From the IMG/VR virus record IMGVR_UViG_3300008110_000066, positions 1-57,639 of that record: a stretch of DNA of 57,639 nt; one strand, written 5' to 3'. The translations under genes were made by a program, and so were the position numbers. The stretch comes from a virus (Duplodnaviria > Caudoviricetes). Position 1 is the stretch's first letter; every line of letters begins with the position of its first letter. This document shows positions 30,310 to 39,086 of this stretch, one piece after another. The notes below the pieces were generated by a model. The model was not told the origin of the DNA and made no database searches. It saw nothing but the letters and a program-made list of their open reading frames with translations.

Positions 30310-31795
30310 AAACACAAACTGTGTTTAAGAAGTCTACAACGATGTTTGAAGAAGTTGAGGTTGGAGTTGTTGTTGAACAAATTATTATTGCTGAATAAGA
30401 AGTTACAGAACTACTTTCACTACCAGTACAATTATTGTAATTAAATTTAACTATTGAAGGGCTATTATTAGTAACTCTGTATTGATATAAAACACAAGGA
30501 CTAACACTTGGAGTTGGAGTTGGTGTATTTGTTGGAGTTGGAGTTGGGGTTTGAGACAAATTAGGTATACATTGTAAACAAGCTCCATCGGTTTGAGAAC
30601 CAATTTCAGTGGTTAGTGTTACAGAATCAACACCACTTATATTTTCAAAAAGACCATCAAACAGAACACACAATCCTTGACCATTTATTACCGCATTGTA
30701 GACATAACCTTGTTTTGGTGATGTTTCTCCTGAAACCAAAACTAAATCTGAAGTGTAATAATGTACACCTGTAAAACAATCAGTAAACCTTTTACTGTTT
30801 GCACATTGTAAAATTTCAGAAATTGTACTAAATGTGACATCACCACTAAACGAACAAGGTCTTGTCACATCTGGTGATGGTGACGGTGTTGGAGTATTTG
30901 TTGGTGTTGGTGTTGGTGTATAACCACTTGCGGTGACCAACATAGAAATACCACCACAAATCGCGGAAGATGTTGGGGTTGGAGTTGGTGTGGGGGTTGG
31001 GGTATTTGTTGGCGTTAAACTTGGGGATGGTGTTACTAAACAATCAAATATCGCGGAAAAATCAAAATCAACACACGGATTTGTGGTTGTTGTCGTAGTT
31101 ACGCAGTATCCAGTATACGCAACTGTATCATCAAAATCAGGACAAGTAGACGTACTACCATATGGGCCAAATTGATCACATGGATCACCTAAATTTTGTG
31201 CCAAACACCATCTTGTTTCACCTGTTGAGTAAAACATAAAATATCCTGTTGTTTGACCTGTATAATAAAATTGACCACCGTAAACACTGGCTTGCTGATA
31301 TGTATCATCGTATGTGGAGTCATTTTCAACACAAAAAAATTGAGTACATGTACATGCTGAAATTCCAATCAGTTGACCAGTAAAATCTGTTTCATATACA
31401 TCAATACCATCTGAATAGTATGCTAAAGTTGTTGAAATAGTACATCCTGAATCTGAAAATAAAAATTCACCAATAGTTAAAGAGTCACCATAAATTGGGT
31501 TTATTAAAGGTGCTCTACACGAGGAATCTGGATCTGCTGTTGCGGAAAATAATCCCAAAAAGTTACAAGAACAACCTGATATTCCTAATTTAATGGCTCC
31601 TGTACCACCAGTTTCAAAAATATTATTACCATTACTTAAGAAATAATTATCCAAGGTGACCGTACAACCTGAGTCTTGATAAACTAAATTACCAGGGTAT
31701 AAAGAAGTACCATACAATGTGGTTGTTGTTGCTGATGTACACAACAATGGGTTATTAACACTATCTATCGCAAACGAACCTAAACTAACGCACAT
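30308..31795 (-). CDS. Cys-rich, Pro/Thr-repeat fibre or decoration protein
   Basis: Duplicated DSGCT...Y.S.G...ET..TG units, three (TP)n tracts and many Cys. Confidence 0.6.
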   Translation of the reverse strand: MCVSLGSFAIDSVNNPLLCTSATTTTLYGTSLYPGNLVYQDSGCTVTLDNYFLSNGNNIFETGGTGAIKLGISGCSCNFLGLFSATADPDSSCRAPLINPIYGDSLTIGEFLFSDSGCTISTTLAYYSDGIDVYETDFTGQLIGISACTCTQFFCVENDSTYDDTYQQASVYGGQFYYTGQTTGYFMFYSTGETRWCLAQNLGDPCDQFGPYGSTSTCPDFDDTVAYTGYCVTTTTTTNPCVDFDFSAIFDCLVTPSPSLTPTNTPTPTPTPTPTSSAICGGISMLVTASGYTPTPTPTNTPTPSPSPDVTRPCSFSGDVTFSTISEILQCANSKRFTDCFTGVHYYTSDLVLVSGETSPKQGYVYNAVINGQGLCVLFDGLFENISGVDSVTLTTEIGSQTDGACLQCIPNLSQTPTPTPTNTPTPTPSVSPCVLYQYRVTNNSPSIVKFNYNNCTGSESSSVTSYSAIIICSTTTPTSTSSNIVVDFLNTVCV

Positions 31796-31796
31796 A

Positions 31797-32018
31797 TTAT
31801 AAACTTAAATTTTCTTTTACTATACAATTATTACTATCTACAACTTTAACACCACAAGATGCCATACCTTCTAAAATAAATGGTAAATCAAAAGAATATG
31901 GAACCTCAGATGTTCCAATGGTATCAACGTAAATACAAGTTGTATATCCTGTATCACAGGCATAAACATCAAATGGGGATAATCCACTTAAACTTGAGAT
32001 TGTTATTTGTGTTGGCAT
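31797..32018 (-). CDS. Small Cys-containing structural protein, paralog of 22823..23122
   Basis: MPTQITI...SPFDVYACD...C.Y; TATTTAT on the minus strand at 32026-32032. Confidence 0.6.
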   Translation of the reverse strand: MPTQITISSLSGLSPFDVYACDTGYTTCIYVDTIGTSEVPYSFDLPFILEGMASCGVKVVDSNNCIVKENLSL

Positions 32019-32057
32019 ATCATCAATAAATATAAAAGAACTGAAAAGTTTGTGTAG

Positions 32058-32086
32058 TTGATGTATTGAAACTTTATGTTTATATT
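32058..32086 (+). promoter_or_regulatory. Sigma70-like promoter, probably giving a leaderless primase mRNA
   Basis: TTGATG-N17-TATATT ending 7 nt before the ATG. Confidence 0.5.
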
Positions 32087-32093
32087 GTAAGGG

Positions 32094-32993
32094 ATGGAAG
32101 AAAATGAGGCATTAGTTGAGTTATTAGAAGAAGTTCTTGGTGACCACGGACTTCACTACCCCAATCGTGGACAAATTTCATTTAATTGCCCCGTATGTGA
32201 TGACGGAAGAAATAAACACAATTTGGAAGTTAACTATATTGATAATGTTTATAAGTGTTGGGCTTGTGGGGATAGTGAAAATACACACGGAGCTTTAGGT
32301 AGAATATTTGACAAGTATGGAAATAAAAAACAAAAAAAACTTTATAACGTTTTAAAACCTGAAACAGTAGTAAAAAGAGAAAGAAAGAAAAAAACACTCA
32401 AACTACCCGAAAGCTTTACCCTATTCAAAGACTCAAGTTCGGTATACCCTGTTAGAAGACAAGCAATGAACTATCTTAAAAGCCGTGGAATTACAGATGA
32501 GATGATAGAAAAATTTGGTATTGGATTTTGTGATAAGGGTGACCACGCTGGTAGAATTGTTATTCCATCTTATAATAAAAAAGGCGAATTGAACTATTAT
32601 ATCGCAAGAAGTTGGAACCCAACCTCAAAGGCTAAATACAAAAATCCTGAGGCTGAAAAAGACAAAATTATATTTTGGGAAAATCTAGTTGATTGGAAGA
32701 AAGACATTTATTTGGTTGAAGGTGCATTTGATGGGTTGTTTTTGGATAACCCAATACCTATGCTTGGAAAACATATGTCCGAACTTTTGTTTGAGACAAT
32801 ATATAAAAATGCTAAAGCTAATGTAATTATTTGTTTGGACGGAGATGCTTGGCAAAATGCGGTTAAACTTTATCACGAATTAAATGGTGGTGAGTTATAT
32901 CAAAAAATAAAAATACTCAAACTTCCTATGGATCAGGATGTTTGTGATCTAAAGGGTCATATTGACTCTTATTATGTAACAATAAAGGACTAA
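32094..32993 (+). CDS. DNA primase (Zn finger plus Toprim)
   Basis: CPVC...CWAC zinc finger, YLKSRGI, KYKNP, LVEGAFD, CLDGDA. Confidence 0.9.
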   Translation: MEENEALVELLEEVLGDHGLHYPNRGQISFNCPVCDDGRNKHNLEVNYIDNVYKCWACGDSENTHGALGRIFDKYGNKKQKKLYNVLKPETVVKRERKKKTLKLPESFTLFKDSSSVYPVRRQAMNYLKSRGITDEMIEKFGIGFCDKGDHAGRIVIPSYNKKGELNYYIARSWNPTSKAKYKNPEAEKDKIIFWENLVDWKKDIYLVEGAFDGLFLDNPIPMLGKHMSELLFETIYKNAKANVIICLDGDAWQNAVKLYHELNGGELYQKIKILKLPMDQDVCDLKGHIDSYYVTIKD

Positions 32994-33856
32994 TGGATTT
33001 AAAAAAAATTGCTGAGGAGATAAGAGAAATTATCACTCAAAAACAAAAAGAATTACAACTTACCTTCGAAGAGGAAAGTCATAAATACACAATGTTGGAT
33101 AAAGATGGTAATCTACGATCAGACTTTCCTTCAGTGTCTAAAGTAATGAAGATATTTTATGATGACTTCCCAACTGAACAAGCCGCTTATAACAAAGCTG
33201 GTGGCGATCCTGATGAGGCTGAAAGGTTAATGGAAGAGTGGGCGGAAGCCGGTAAAAAATCAACAAACTTGGGATCAAGATGTCACTTCTTTTTGGAGGA
33301 ACACGTATTAAACGAGTTTGATATTGATAAAAAAGTTCGTCAACCAATCTTTGATTGTGATGCCGAACAGATCATCAAAAGTGATACGATGATTATTGCT
33401 GGTAAACGATATATTGATTTATTAAAGGAAAGAGGTTGTGTGTTGATTGATACGGAGATGGTATTAGGTCATCCTGAACTTGAATACACAGGTCAACCTG
33501 ACAAAGTTTGGTTGGTTATTGGTATTAACGGAAAGGTTGGTATTTTGATTACTGACTGGAAAACAAACAAACCAAAGAACTTTGCGACCACAAGGTATAC
33601 AAAACAAATGAAAAAACCATTTGAAGATCTACCAGATAATGCGTTGGGACACTACCAAACGCAATTACCTTTTTATGGTAAACTTTTGTTAAAAATGTTA
33701 GAAGGTAGTAAGTACCAGGACATACAGCTTTTTGGTTGTATTGTTGTTTTAATCACCGAAGAAAGAGAATATCACGAATATAGAGTATCCAAAAAAACAA
33801 TGAATACAATTCTTGAAATGGATATGAAACATTATTTGACTAAACTTAAGAAATAA
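32993..33856 (+). CDS. PD-(D/E)xK exonuclease (RecB/Cas4-like fold)
   Basis: GSRCH, TEMV, GQPD, ITDWKT and HYQTQL..Y motifs. Confidence 0.8.
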   Translation: MDLKKIAEEIREIITQKQKELQLTFEEESHKYTMLDKDGNLRSDFPSVSKVMKIFYDDFPTEQAAYNKAGGDPDEAERLMEEWAEAGKKSTNLGSRCHFFLEEHVLNEFDIDKKVRQPIFDCDAEQIIKSDTMIIAGKRYIDLLKERGCVLIDTEMVLGHPELEYTGQPDKVWLVIGINGKVGILITDWKTNKPKNFATTRYTKQMKKPFEDLPDNALGHYQTQLPFYGKLLLKMLEGSKYQDIQLFGCIVVLITEEREYHEYRVSKKTMNTILEMDMKHYLTKLKK

Positions 33857-33864
33857 ACTATTAT
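33836..33864 (+). promoter_or_regulatory. Sigma70-consensus promoter
   Basis: TTGACT-N17-TATTAT, 5 nt upstream of the ATG at 33870. Confidence 0.6.
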
Positions 33865-33869
33865 TGAGT

Positions 33870-33962
33870 ATGACATTAACAATTACCCCCACTTGGGTAA
33901 CAACGACTAGTTGGGACCAATTATTACCTATTAAAATAAACATAAATTATATAATAAAATGA
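33870..33962 (+). CDS. 30-aa peptide not in the ORF track (MTLTITPTWVTTTSWDQLLPIKININYIIK)
   Basis: Starts right after the promoter and ends in an ATGA overlap with the next gene. Confidence 0.5.
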   Translation: MTLTITPTWVTTTSWDQLLPIKININYIIK

Positions 33963-34177
33963 GTGACGATATTATAAGACCAAAAATCGACTTACGACAA
34001 CAAACAACAATCAAATGTGAAAAGTGTGAGTCTAAGTTCTTCAAAGAAGTAACTATGTTGAAGAAAGTACCAAAATTATTGACAGGAAGTGCCGAAGACA
34101 CTATTGTACCATTCCCTACATACATGTGTAATGAGTGCGGTCACGTAAATGAAGACTTTGAATTATTCATAGACTAA
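33959..34177 (+). CDS. Small zinc-ribbon protein
   Basis: CEKC...CNECGH. Confidence 0.7.
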   Translation: MSDDIIRPKIDLRQQTTIKCEKCESKFFKEVTMLKKVPKLLTGSAEDTIVPFPTYMCNECGHVNEDFELFID

Positions 34178-34323
34178 TGGAAATAGGTAAAATGACTATC
34201 AGTGAAGCAGAACCATACTTAGAAAGTATTGCAATGCTTTATGGATTAAACTTGGGTAAAGTTAAACATTTCAAATTTGCAAGAATGATTTTGGCAACCC
34301 TTTATTGTAGAGAAAACGCATGA
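34177..34323 (+). CDS. 48-aa hypothetical protein not in the ORF track (MEIGKMTISEAEPYL...)
   Basis: TAATG overlap upstream and ATGA overlap downstream. Confidence 0.6.
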   Translation: MEIGKMTISEAEPYLESIAMLYGLNLGKVKHFKFARMILATLYCRENA

Positions 34324-34559
34324 CACACAAAGAATTTTATTTTTGGTTAGAAGGATACCTTCACGCAAGGTTAGAAGATGAAAAACTTGAGATTACACCA
34401 ATCATTGAAAAAATGAATAAGGTTAAAGAAGATAGTAAAATTGGTATAGCAGAACCATTTAGAGTTCCAATACCGGTGAATCCTTTTCCAATTCAAGACG
34501 ACCCATATAAACCACCATTTGAGGTATATTGTAATGATAAACAACAATTAAATGATTAA
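34320..34559 (+). CDS. Hypothetical phage protein
   Basis: MTHKEFYFWLEGY N-terminus of a type common in phages; coupled to both neighbours. Confidence 0.65.
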   Translation: MTHKEFYFWLEGYLHARLEDEKLEITPIIEKMNKVKEDSKIGIAEPFRVPIPVNPFPIQDDPYKPPFEVYCNDKQQLND

Positions 34560-35331
34560 AAAACTAGTACATTTTTCTGACCTACACATCCGTCTTTTTA
34601 AAGATCATGATTTGTATAAATCAATTTTGGAAACTGCTATTGAACAATGGAGAGAATTAGAACCAGATCGTATTGTGTTTACGGGAGACTTAGTTCATTC
34701 TAAAAACCAAATGACACCTGAACTTATTGAGATGGTTAGATGGTTATTGACCGAATGTTCGTTTGTTGCAAAAACAATTATTATACCTGGTAACCACGAC
34801 TTTTTGGTAAATAACACCGAAAGATTAGATGCCTTAACACCAATCATTAGTTCTTTAAATAGTAAAAACATTTTTTATTACAAAGACAGAGGTGTTTATG
34901 AAGATGAAAACATCAGTTGGTGTGTATATTCACAATATCAAGGAAATATTCCACCTGACATTACAGAATCAAAAGGTAAAAGAATTGGATTATTTCATGG
35001 ACCAATACAAGGAATGAAAACAGACCTTGGTTTTGATTTTGGAGAAGAGGCATATGATGTTGAAAAGTTTGATGGACTTGAAACTGTATTATGTGGAGAT
35101 ATTCACAAAAGACAAGAATTTAAATTCAAGACCGGTAAAGGTTATATGATCGGATCACCAATCCAACAAAACATTGGTGAGAGTGTTGGAAAACATGGTT
35201 ATGGTATTTATGATGTTGAAACAAAAGAATATTCTTACGTTGATTTACCAAACCCAAAACCATTTTTGAAGTTCTCCATAAAATCATTTGAAGATATTGA
35301 AAATGGATTCGAAAAACTCCAAAATATTTAA
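34552..35331 (+). CDS. sbcD: SbcD/Mre11 (gp47-like) metallophosphoesterase nuclease
   Basis: SDLH, GDLVH, GNHD, LFHG and GDIHK motifs. Confidence 0.88.
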   Translation: MIKKLVHFSDLHIRLFKDHDLYKSILETAIEQWRELEPDRIVFTGDLVHSKNQMTPELIEMVRWLLTECSFVAKTIIIPGNHDFLVNNTERLDALTPIISSLNSKNIFYYKDRGVYEDENISWCVYSQYQGNIPPDITESKGKRIGLFHGPIQGMKTDLGFDFGEEAYDVEKFDGLETVLCGDIHKRQEFKFKTGKGYMIGSPIQQNIGESVGKHGYGIYDVETKEYSYVDLPNPKPFLKFSIKSFEDIENGFEKLQNI

Positions 35332-36031
35332 TAAGGAAATAATGCAGGCGGTGTCTGCATTTTGTGAATCACAAGAAATTAAGGATATTGATAATTTCAT
35401 ATACCTATGTTTCAAACAAGGATTCGATATTAAAAAATATGGTTTTTTGGGTAAAACGGGTGGGATTGAGGAAAAACAGGTGGAAATTGAGGTAATTCGA
35501 GAAATACAGGTGGAAGTACCGGTTGAAGTTATCAAAGAGGTTGAGGTGATAAAAGAAGTTCTGGTTGATAGAGTGGTTGAGAAAATAATCTATACCACCG
35601 ATGACAACCAAATTAACGAACTTGGCGAAAAAAACGCCAAGTTGGAAATTGAACTATTAAGAAATTCCGAACAGTTGGATGAATTGTTGTCAAAAATAGA
35701 ATACTTAAACGGAGAAATTTCGATTAAGACCACTGAAATTGACAAAGTTAGACAAGAATTTTCCACTAAAACGACAGAAATGGAAAGTTTTTTCCAAAAT
35801 GAAATGTCTAAAAAGGATAATGATATAGACGAACTTAGACAAAAGTTAGACGATCCTGTAACAAATAATAAAGTAAATATGTTACAAGAGACTTTACAAA
35901 ATCTAAGAACTGAACTACAACAAAAGAACGAACAAATAAAAGAATTAGAAAAAATAAACCGAGACCTTTTGAATGGTAACACAAACCAAGCTTATCTTCT
36001 GAGGGGATCAAATTTAAATAGAAGATTATGA
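35303..36031 (+). CDS. Coiled-coil protein with a VPV/EVIK charged repeat
   Basis: VEIEVIREIQVEVPVEVIKEVEVIKEV followed by a long heptad region; ATG at 35303 preferred. Confidence 0.6.
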   Translation: MDSKNSKIFNKEIMQAVSAFCESQEIKDIDNFIYLCFKQGFDIKKYGFLGKTGGIEEKQVEIEVIREIQVEVPVEVIKEVEVIKEVLVDRVVEKIIYTTDDNQINELGEKNAKLEIELLRNSEQLDELLSKIEYLNGEISIKTTEIDKVRQEFSTKTTEMESFFQNEMSKKDNDIDELRQKLDDPVTNNKVNMLQETLQNLRTELQQKNEQIKELEKINRDLLNGNTNQAYLLRGSNLNRRL

Positions 36032-36378
36032 TAATTTTAATTTGGATTATTGCTGCTTATGGAATGACAAACATTCTAGTTTACGGATCAATTTTTAACG
36101 GATTGAGAAATTGGATACATAAATGGGGAAACTCAGAATGGTACGCATTCCACGGGTTAGGAAAGTTTTTATCGGGATTGATATCCTGTGTATTATGTAC
36201 ATCAACATGGGTAGGTTTTTTTATGTCCTTAACATTGTTCGCTCCTTGGCATGAAACAATTGGACTTAATAAATATATTTCCATATTTTTTGATGGAATG
36301 TTGTCCGCAGGCGCTGTATGGGCAATCAATAGTATAATTGAGTGGTTTGAAGAAAATAGACCAAATAATAATAATTAA
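36028..36378 (+). CDS. Membrane protein, DUF1360-like
   Basis: About 3 hydrophobic helices; LISCVLCTSTWVG motif. Confidence 0.6.
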   Translation: MIILIWIIAAYGMTNILVYGSIFNGLRNWIHKWGNSEWYAFHGLGKFLSGLISCVLCTSTWVGFFMSLTLFAPWHETIGLNKYISIFFDGMLSAGAVWAINSIIEWFEENRPNNNN

Positions 36379-36389
36379 CAAAAAATAAA

Positions 36390-36710
36390 ATGGGTAAAAA
36401 GGCAAAAGAACACAGAAAAAAAGTTGAAAAAAGAAATGCAAGAGTACAACAACAAAAAACTGGTATGCAAAAGGCGTTCGAAAAACTTATTGAAGAACAG
36501 ATGACTAAAATGAAAGAAGAACAAGAAATAAACGCTAAGTTGGGGGCACAAGATTTAAATTTTGAAGTTGTCGACGAAAAAATAATTGATCATGCATTTA
36601 GTTTTGTGCCAAATCCTGAAGAATCCGCAAAAATTAACAAGGAGTTTGAACCTGAATATGATAGTGCGGGTTACACAATCGAAGATAGAGAGTTACCAAC
36701 AGAAGAATAA
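36390..36710 (+). CDS. Hypothetical protein with basic N-terminus and acidic C-terminus
   Basis: Clean ORF with an A-rich leader. Confidence 0.6.
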   Translation: MGKKAKEHRKKVEKRNARVQQQKTGMQKAFEKLIEEQMTKMKEEQEINAKLGAQDLNFEVVDEKIIDHAFSFVPNPEESAKINKEFEPEYDSAGYTIEDRELPTEE

Positions 36711-36712
36711 AA

Positions 36713-39085
36713 ATGGATTTATTCAATCCACCGAGATTATACAATTATAAAATTATGATAAAAGACTTGGACTTTTCACTATTTGAAAACCCAATTATAC
36801 AAGTTGTATGGGAAGATGTGCCTGAAAACTTTACACAAGACAAATTAAAAAGTGTAAAACATTACTTTTCAAAGAAGTATAATACCAGCAATGTGAATGT
36901 TCTCACCAAAGCAAAGAATATCGAAAATGAGAACACACAAAGTATTGATGTGTCAGTGAATATTTCTGATCCACAATACCAACTTGATCTTATCACTAAT
37001 CATCTTAAGTCCAAAGGACATCAAGATAAAATTGAAGACGTGTTGTTAATAAACAAAATGGTTGAAAACAAAATGTCTGGTGATGAAGAAAACCAAGCTC
37101 AATTCAAGAAATGGTATATTCGAAACATTGAGTTCTCAAACTTTTTATCGTATGGTGAAAATCAAAGATTAGACTTTGATAAGTTAAACGGAATTGTAGT
37201 TGTTGAGTCTGATCCGCCAAACTTTGGGGGGAAGACTGTTCTTACCGTTGATCTCCTAATGTTTTTATTTTTTAACGAAACAACAAAAACTAGTAAAGCT
37301 GAGGAAATTTTTAACCGATTTTCAAACAAAGACAAGGTCCATGTAAAAGGCGAAATTACTATTGATGGTGAAGACTATGTTATTGTAAGAAACATTGAAA
37401 GAAAACTATCTAAGAAAGGTGAATGGAATGTTAAAACAGAATTGGATTTTTTTAAAAAATTATCTGATGGTACTTTGTTGAACTTTACTGGTGAACAAAG
37501 AAGAGAAACTGAAGCATTTATTAAAAATTCAATTGGAACTAAAGAAGATTTTTTGATGACAATTCTCACAACAGGATCAAATCTTGAGGATTTATTGGAG
37601 TCAAAACCAACAGCCAGAGGTCAAGTATTGTCTCGATTTATGGGACTTGAGTTCCTGAAAAGAAAAGAAGAAGTTGCAAAAGAAATTTACTCTGAGTTCT
37701 CAAAACAAAAAATTTCAAACATCTATTCTTCTGAACAATTAAAAAGTGATATTGAAACACATCAAAACTCAATTATAAACCTACAAAATCAAATTAAAGA
37801 AAGTAACCAATCTTTAGTTGAAGTTGATGAGGCAATTACAAAAGGTAAAACATATCGTGATGATATGTTAAAGAAAAAACACACAAACATTGACCAAGAG
37901 TTAAGTTTGTTAAACCCAGAAAAAACAAAAGATGAAATCAAAGAAATTGAACGTGAGAAATTGGGATTTCTTACAAAAATATCCGAAATCAAAGTTGTTG
38001 AACCTTCTCAATTCTATGAAGAAGAAATCCATGACAAGGTTAAAGAAGAGATCAATGTCCTTTACAAAGAGATCGTTAAAATTGATACAGAAATTGCGTC
38101 AATCAATAAATTAAAGTCTTCGGTTGAAGGCGGAATCAAGTGTGAGCACTGTGGAATTGAGTTGATGAATGCAGCAATTACTAACGCAAAAATTGCGGAA
38201 TTAGATGGACTTATTGTGCAAAAAAACACAAAAACAACACTTATGACGGATTTATCCATCAAAGAACAAGGTTTTGTACAACTCAAAAAAGAGTTCGACG
38301 AGTATGAGAAAAACAAACTTGTTAAAGAAAAGTATGAAATATCTGTTGAAAGTTGTGATTTAAAAATTGGTTCATTAACCGATAAGATTAAAAGGTGGGA
38401 AGAAATTCAAGATAAGATCCAAGAAAACCAAAAGATTGAGTCTTTATTGATTAAGGCCGATGTTAGACTTGATGAACTTGAACTCCAAAAAAGAACTTTG
38501 ATAAACTCAACTACAACAAACGAAGGTTTGATAAAATCAATTGAGGAAAAAATAAACGAAGCCAAAAAGAAAATAGTCACAATTAAAGAAGAGGAAGAGA
38601 AAGAAAAAATATATAAGATTTTTTTAGATCTTTATGGTAAAAATGGAATATCAAAAATTATTATGAAGACTATGATGCCCTTAATCAATTCTGAATTACA
38701 AAGGTTAATGGAAGACTCGTGTTATTTCAAATTAGAAGTCAGAATTTCTGATAAAAATGAGGTAGAATTTGTAATGATTGATAACGGTACAGGAGTTGAA
38801 AAACTTATGAGTAGTGGGTCTGGATATGAAAAAACTGTTGCCTCATTAGGTTTAAGATCTGTTTTAACTAAAATATGTACCCTCCCAAAACCAAATTTAG
38901 TAGTTATGGATGAGGTTTTTGGTAAAGTTTCTCCTGAAAATTTTGAATTACTTTATGAATTTTTTACTAAAATAAAAGATTACTTTGAAAAAATATTTGT
39001 AATTTCGCATCATAGTTTAATAAATCAATGGGGTGAACACATTGTAAGAATTCGTAAAGAAAATAACGTATCAAAAGTATTATAA
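36713..39085 (+). CDS. sbcC: SbcC/Rad50 (gp46-like) ATPase with an N-terminal extension
   Basis: FSNFLSYG, NFGGKT Walker A, coiled coils, CEHCG zinc hook, VVMDEVF Walker B, VISH. Confidence 0.9.
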   Translation: MDLFNPPRLYNYKIMIKDLDFSLFENPIIQVVWEDVPENFTQDKLKSVKHYFSKKYNTSNVNVLTKAKNIENENTQSIDVSVNISDPQYQLDLITNHLKSKGHQDKIEDVLLINKMVENKMSGDEENQAQFKKWYIRNIEFSNFLSYGENQRLDFDKLNGIVVVESDPPNFGGKTVLTVDLLMFLFFNETTKTSKAEEIFNRFSNKDKVHVKGEITIDGEDYVIVRNIERKLSKKGEWNVKTELDFFKKLSDGTLLNFTGEQRRETEAFIKNSIGTKEDFLMTILTTGSNLEDLLESKPTARGQVLSRFMGLEFLKRKEEVAKEIYSEFSKQKISNIYSSEQLKSDIETHQNSIINLQNQIKESNQSLVEVDEAITKGKTYRDDMLKKKHTNIDQELSLLNPEKTKDEIKEIEREKLGFLTKISEIKVVEPSQFYEEEIHDKVKEEINVLYKEIVKIDTEIASINKLKSSVEGGIKCEHCGIELMNAAITNAKIAELDGLIVQKNTKTTLMTDLSIKEQGFVQLKKEFDEYEKNKLVKEKYEISVESCDLKIGSLTDKIKRWEEIQDKIQENQKIESLLIKADVRLDELELQKRTLINSTTTNEGLIKSIEEKINEAKKKIVTIKEEEEKEKIYKIFLDLYGKNGISKIIMKTMMPLINSELQRLMEDSCYFKLEVRISDKNEVEFVMIDNGTGVEKLMSSGSGYEKTVASLGLRSVLTKICTLPKPNLVVMDEVFGKVSPENFELLYEFFTKIKDYFEKIFVISHHSLINQWGEHIVRIRKENNVSKVL

Positions 39086-39086
39086 A

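Noticed and set aside
4968-32018. Bacterial contractile injection system (eCIS/T6SS) instead of a phage
   Set aside because: The baseplate genes are interleaved with phage-type helicase, primase, RNR, RuvC, SbcCD and sigma genes, and there is no cellular housekeeping context
32993-33856. Cas4 / CRISPR adaptation gene
   Set aside because: No Fe-S cysteine cluster pattern and no array; it is better explained as a replication-linked PD-(D/E)xK exonuclease coupled to primase
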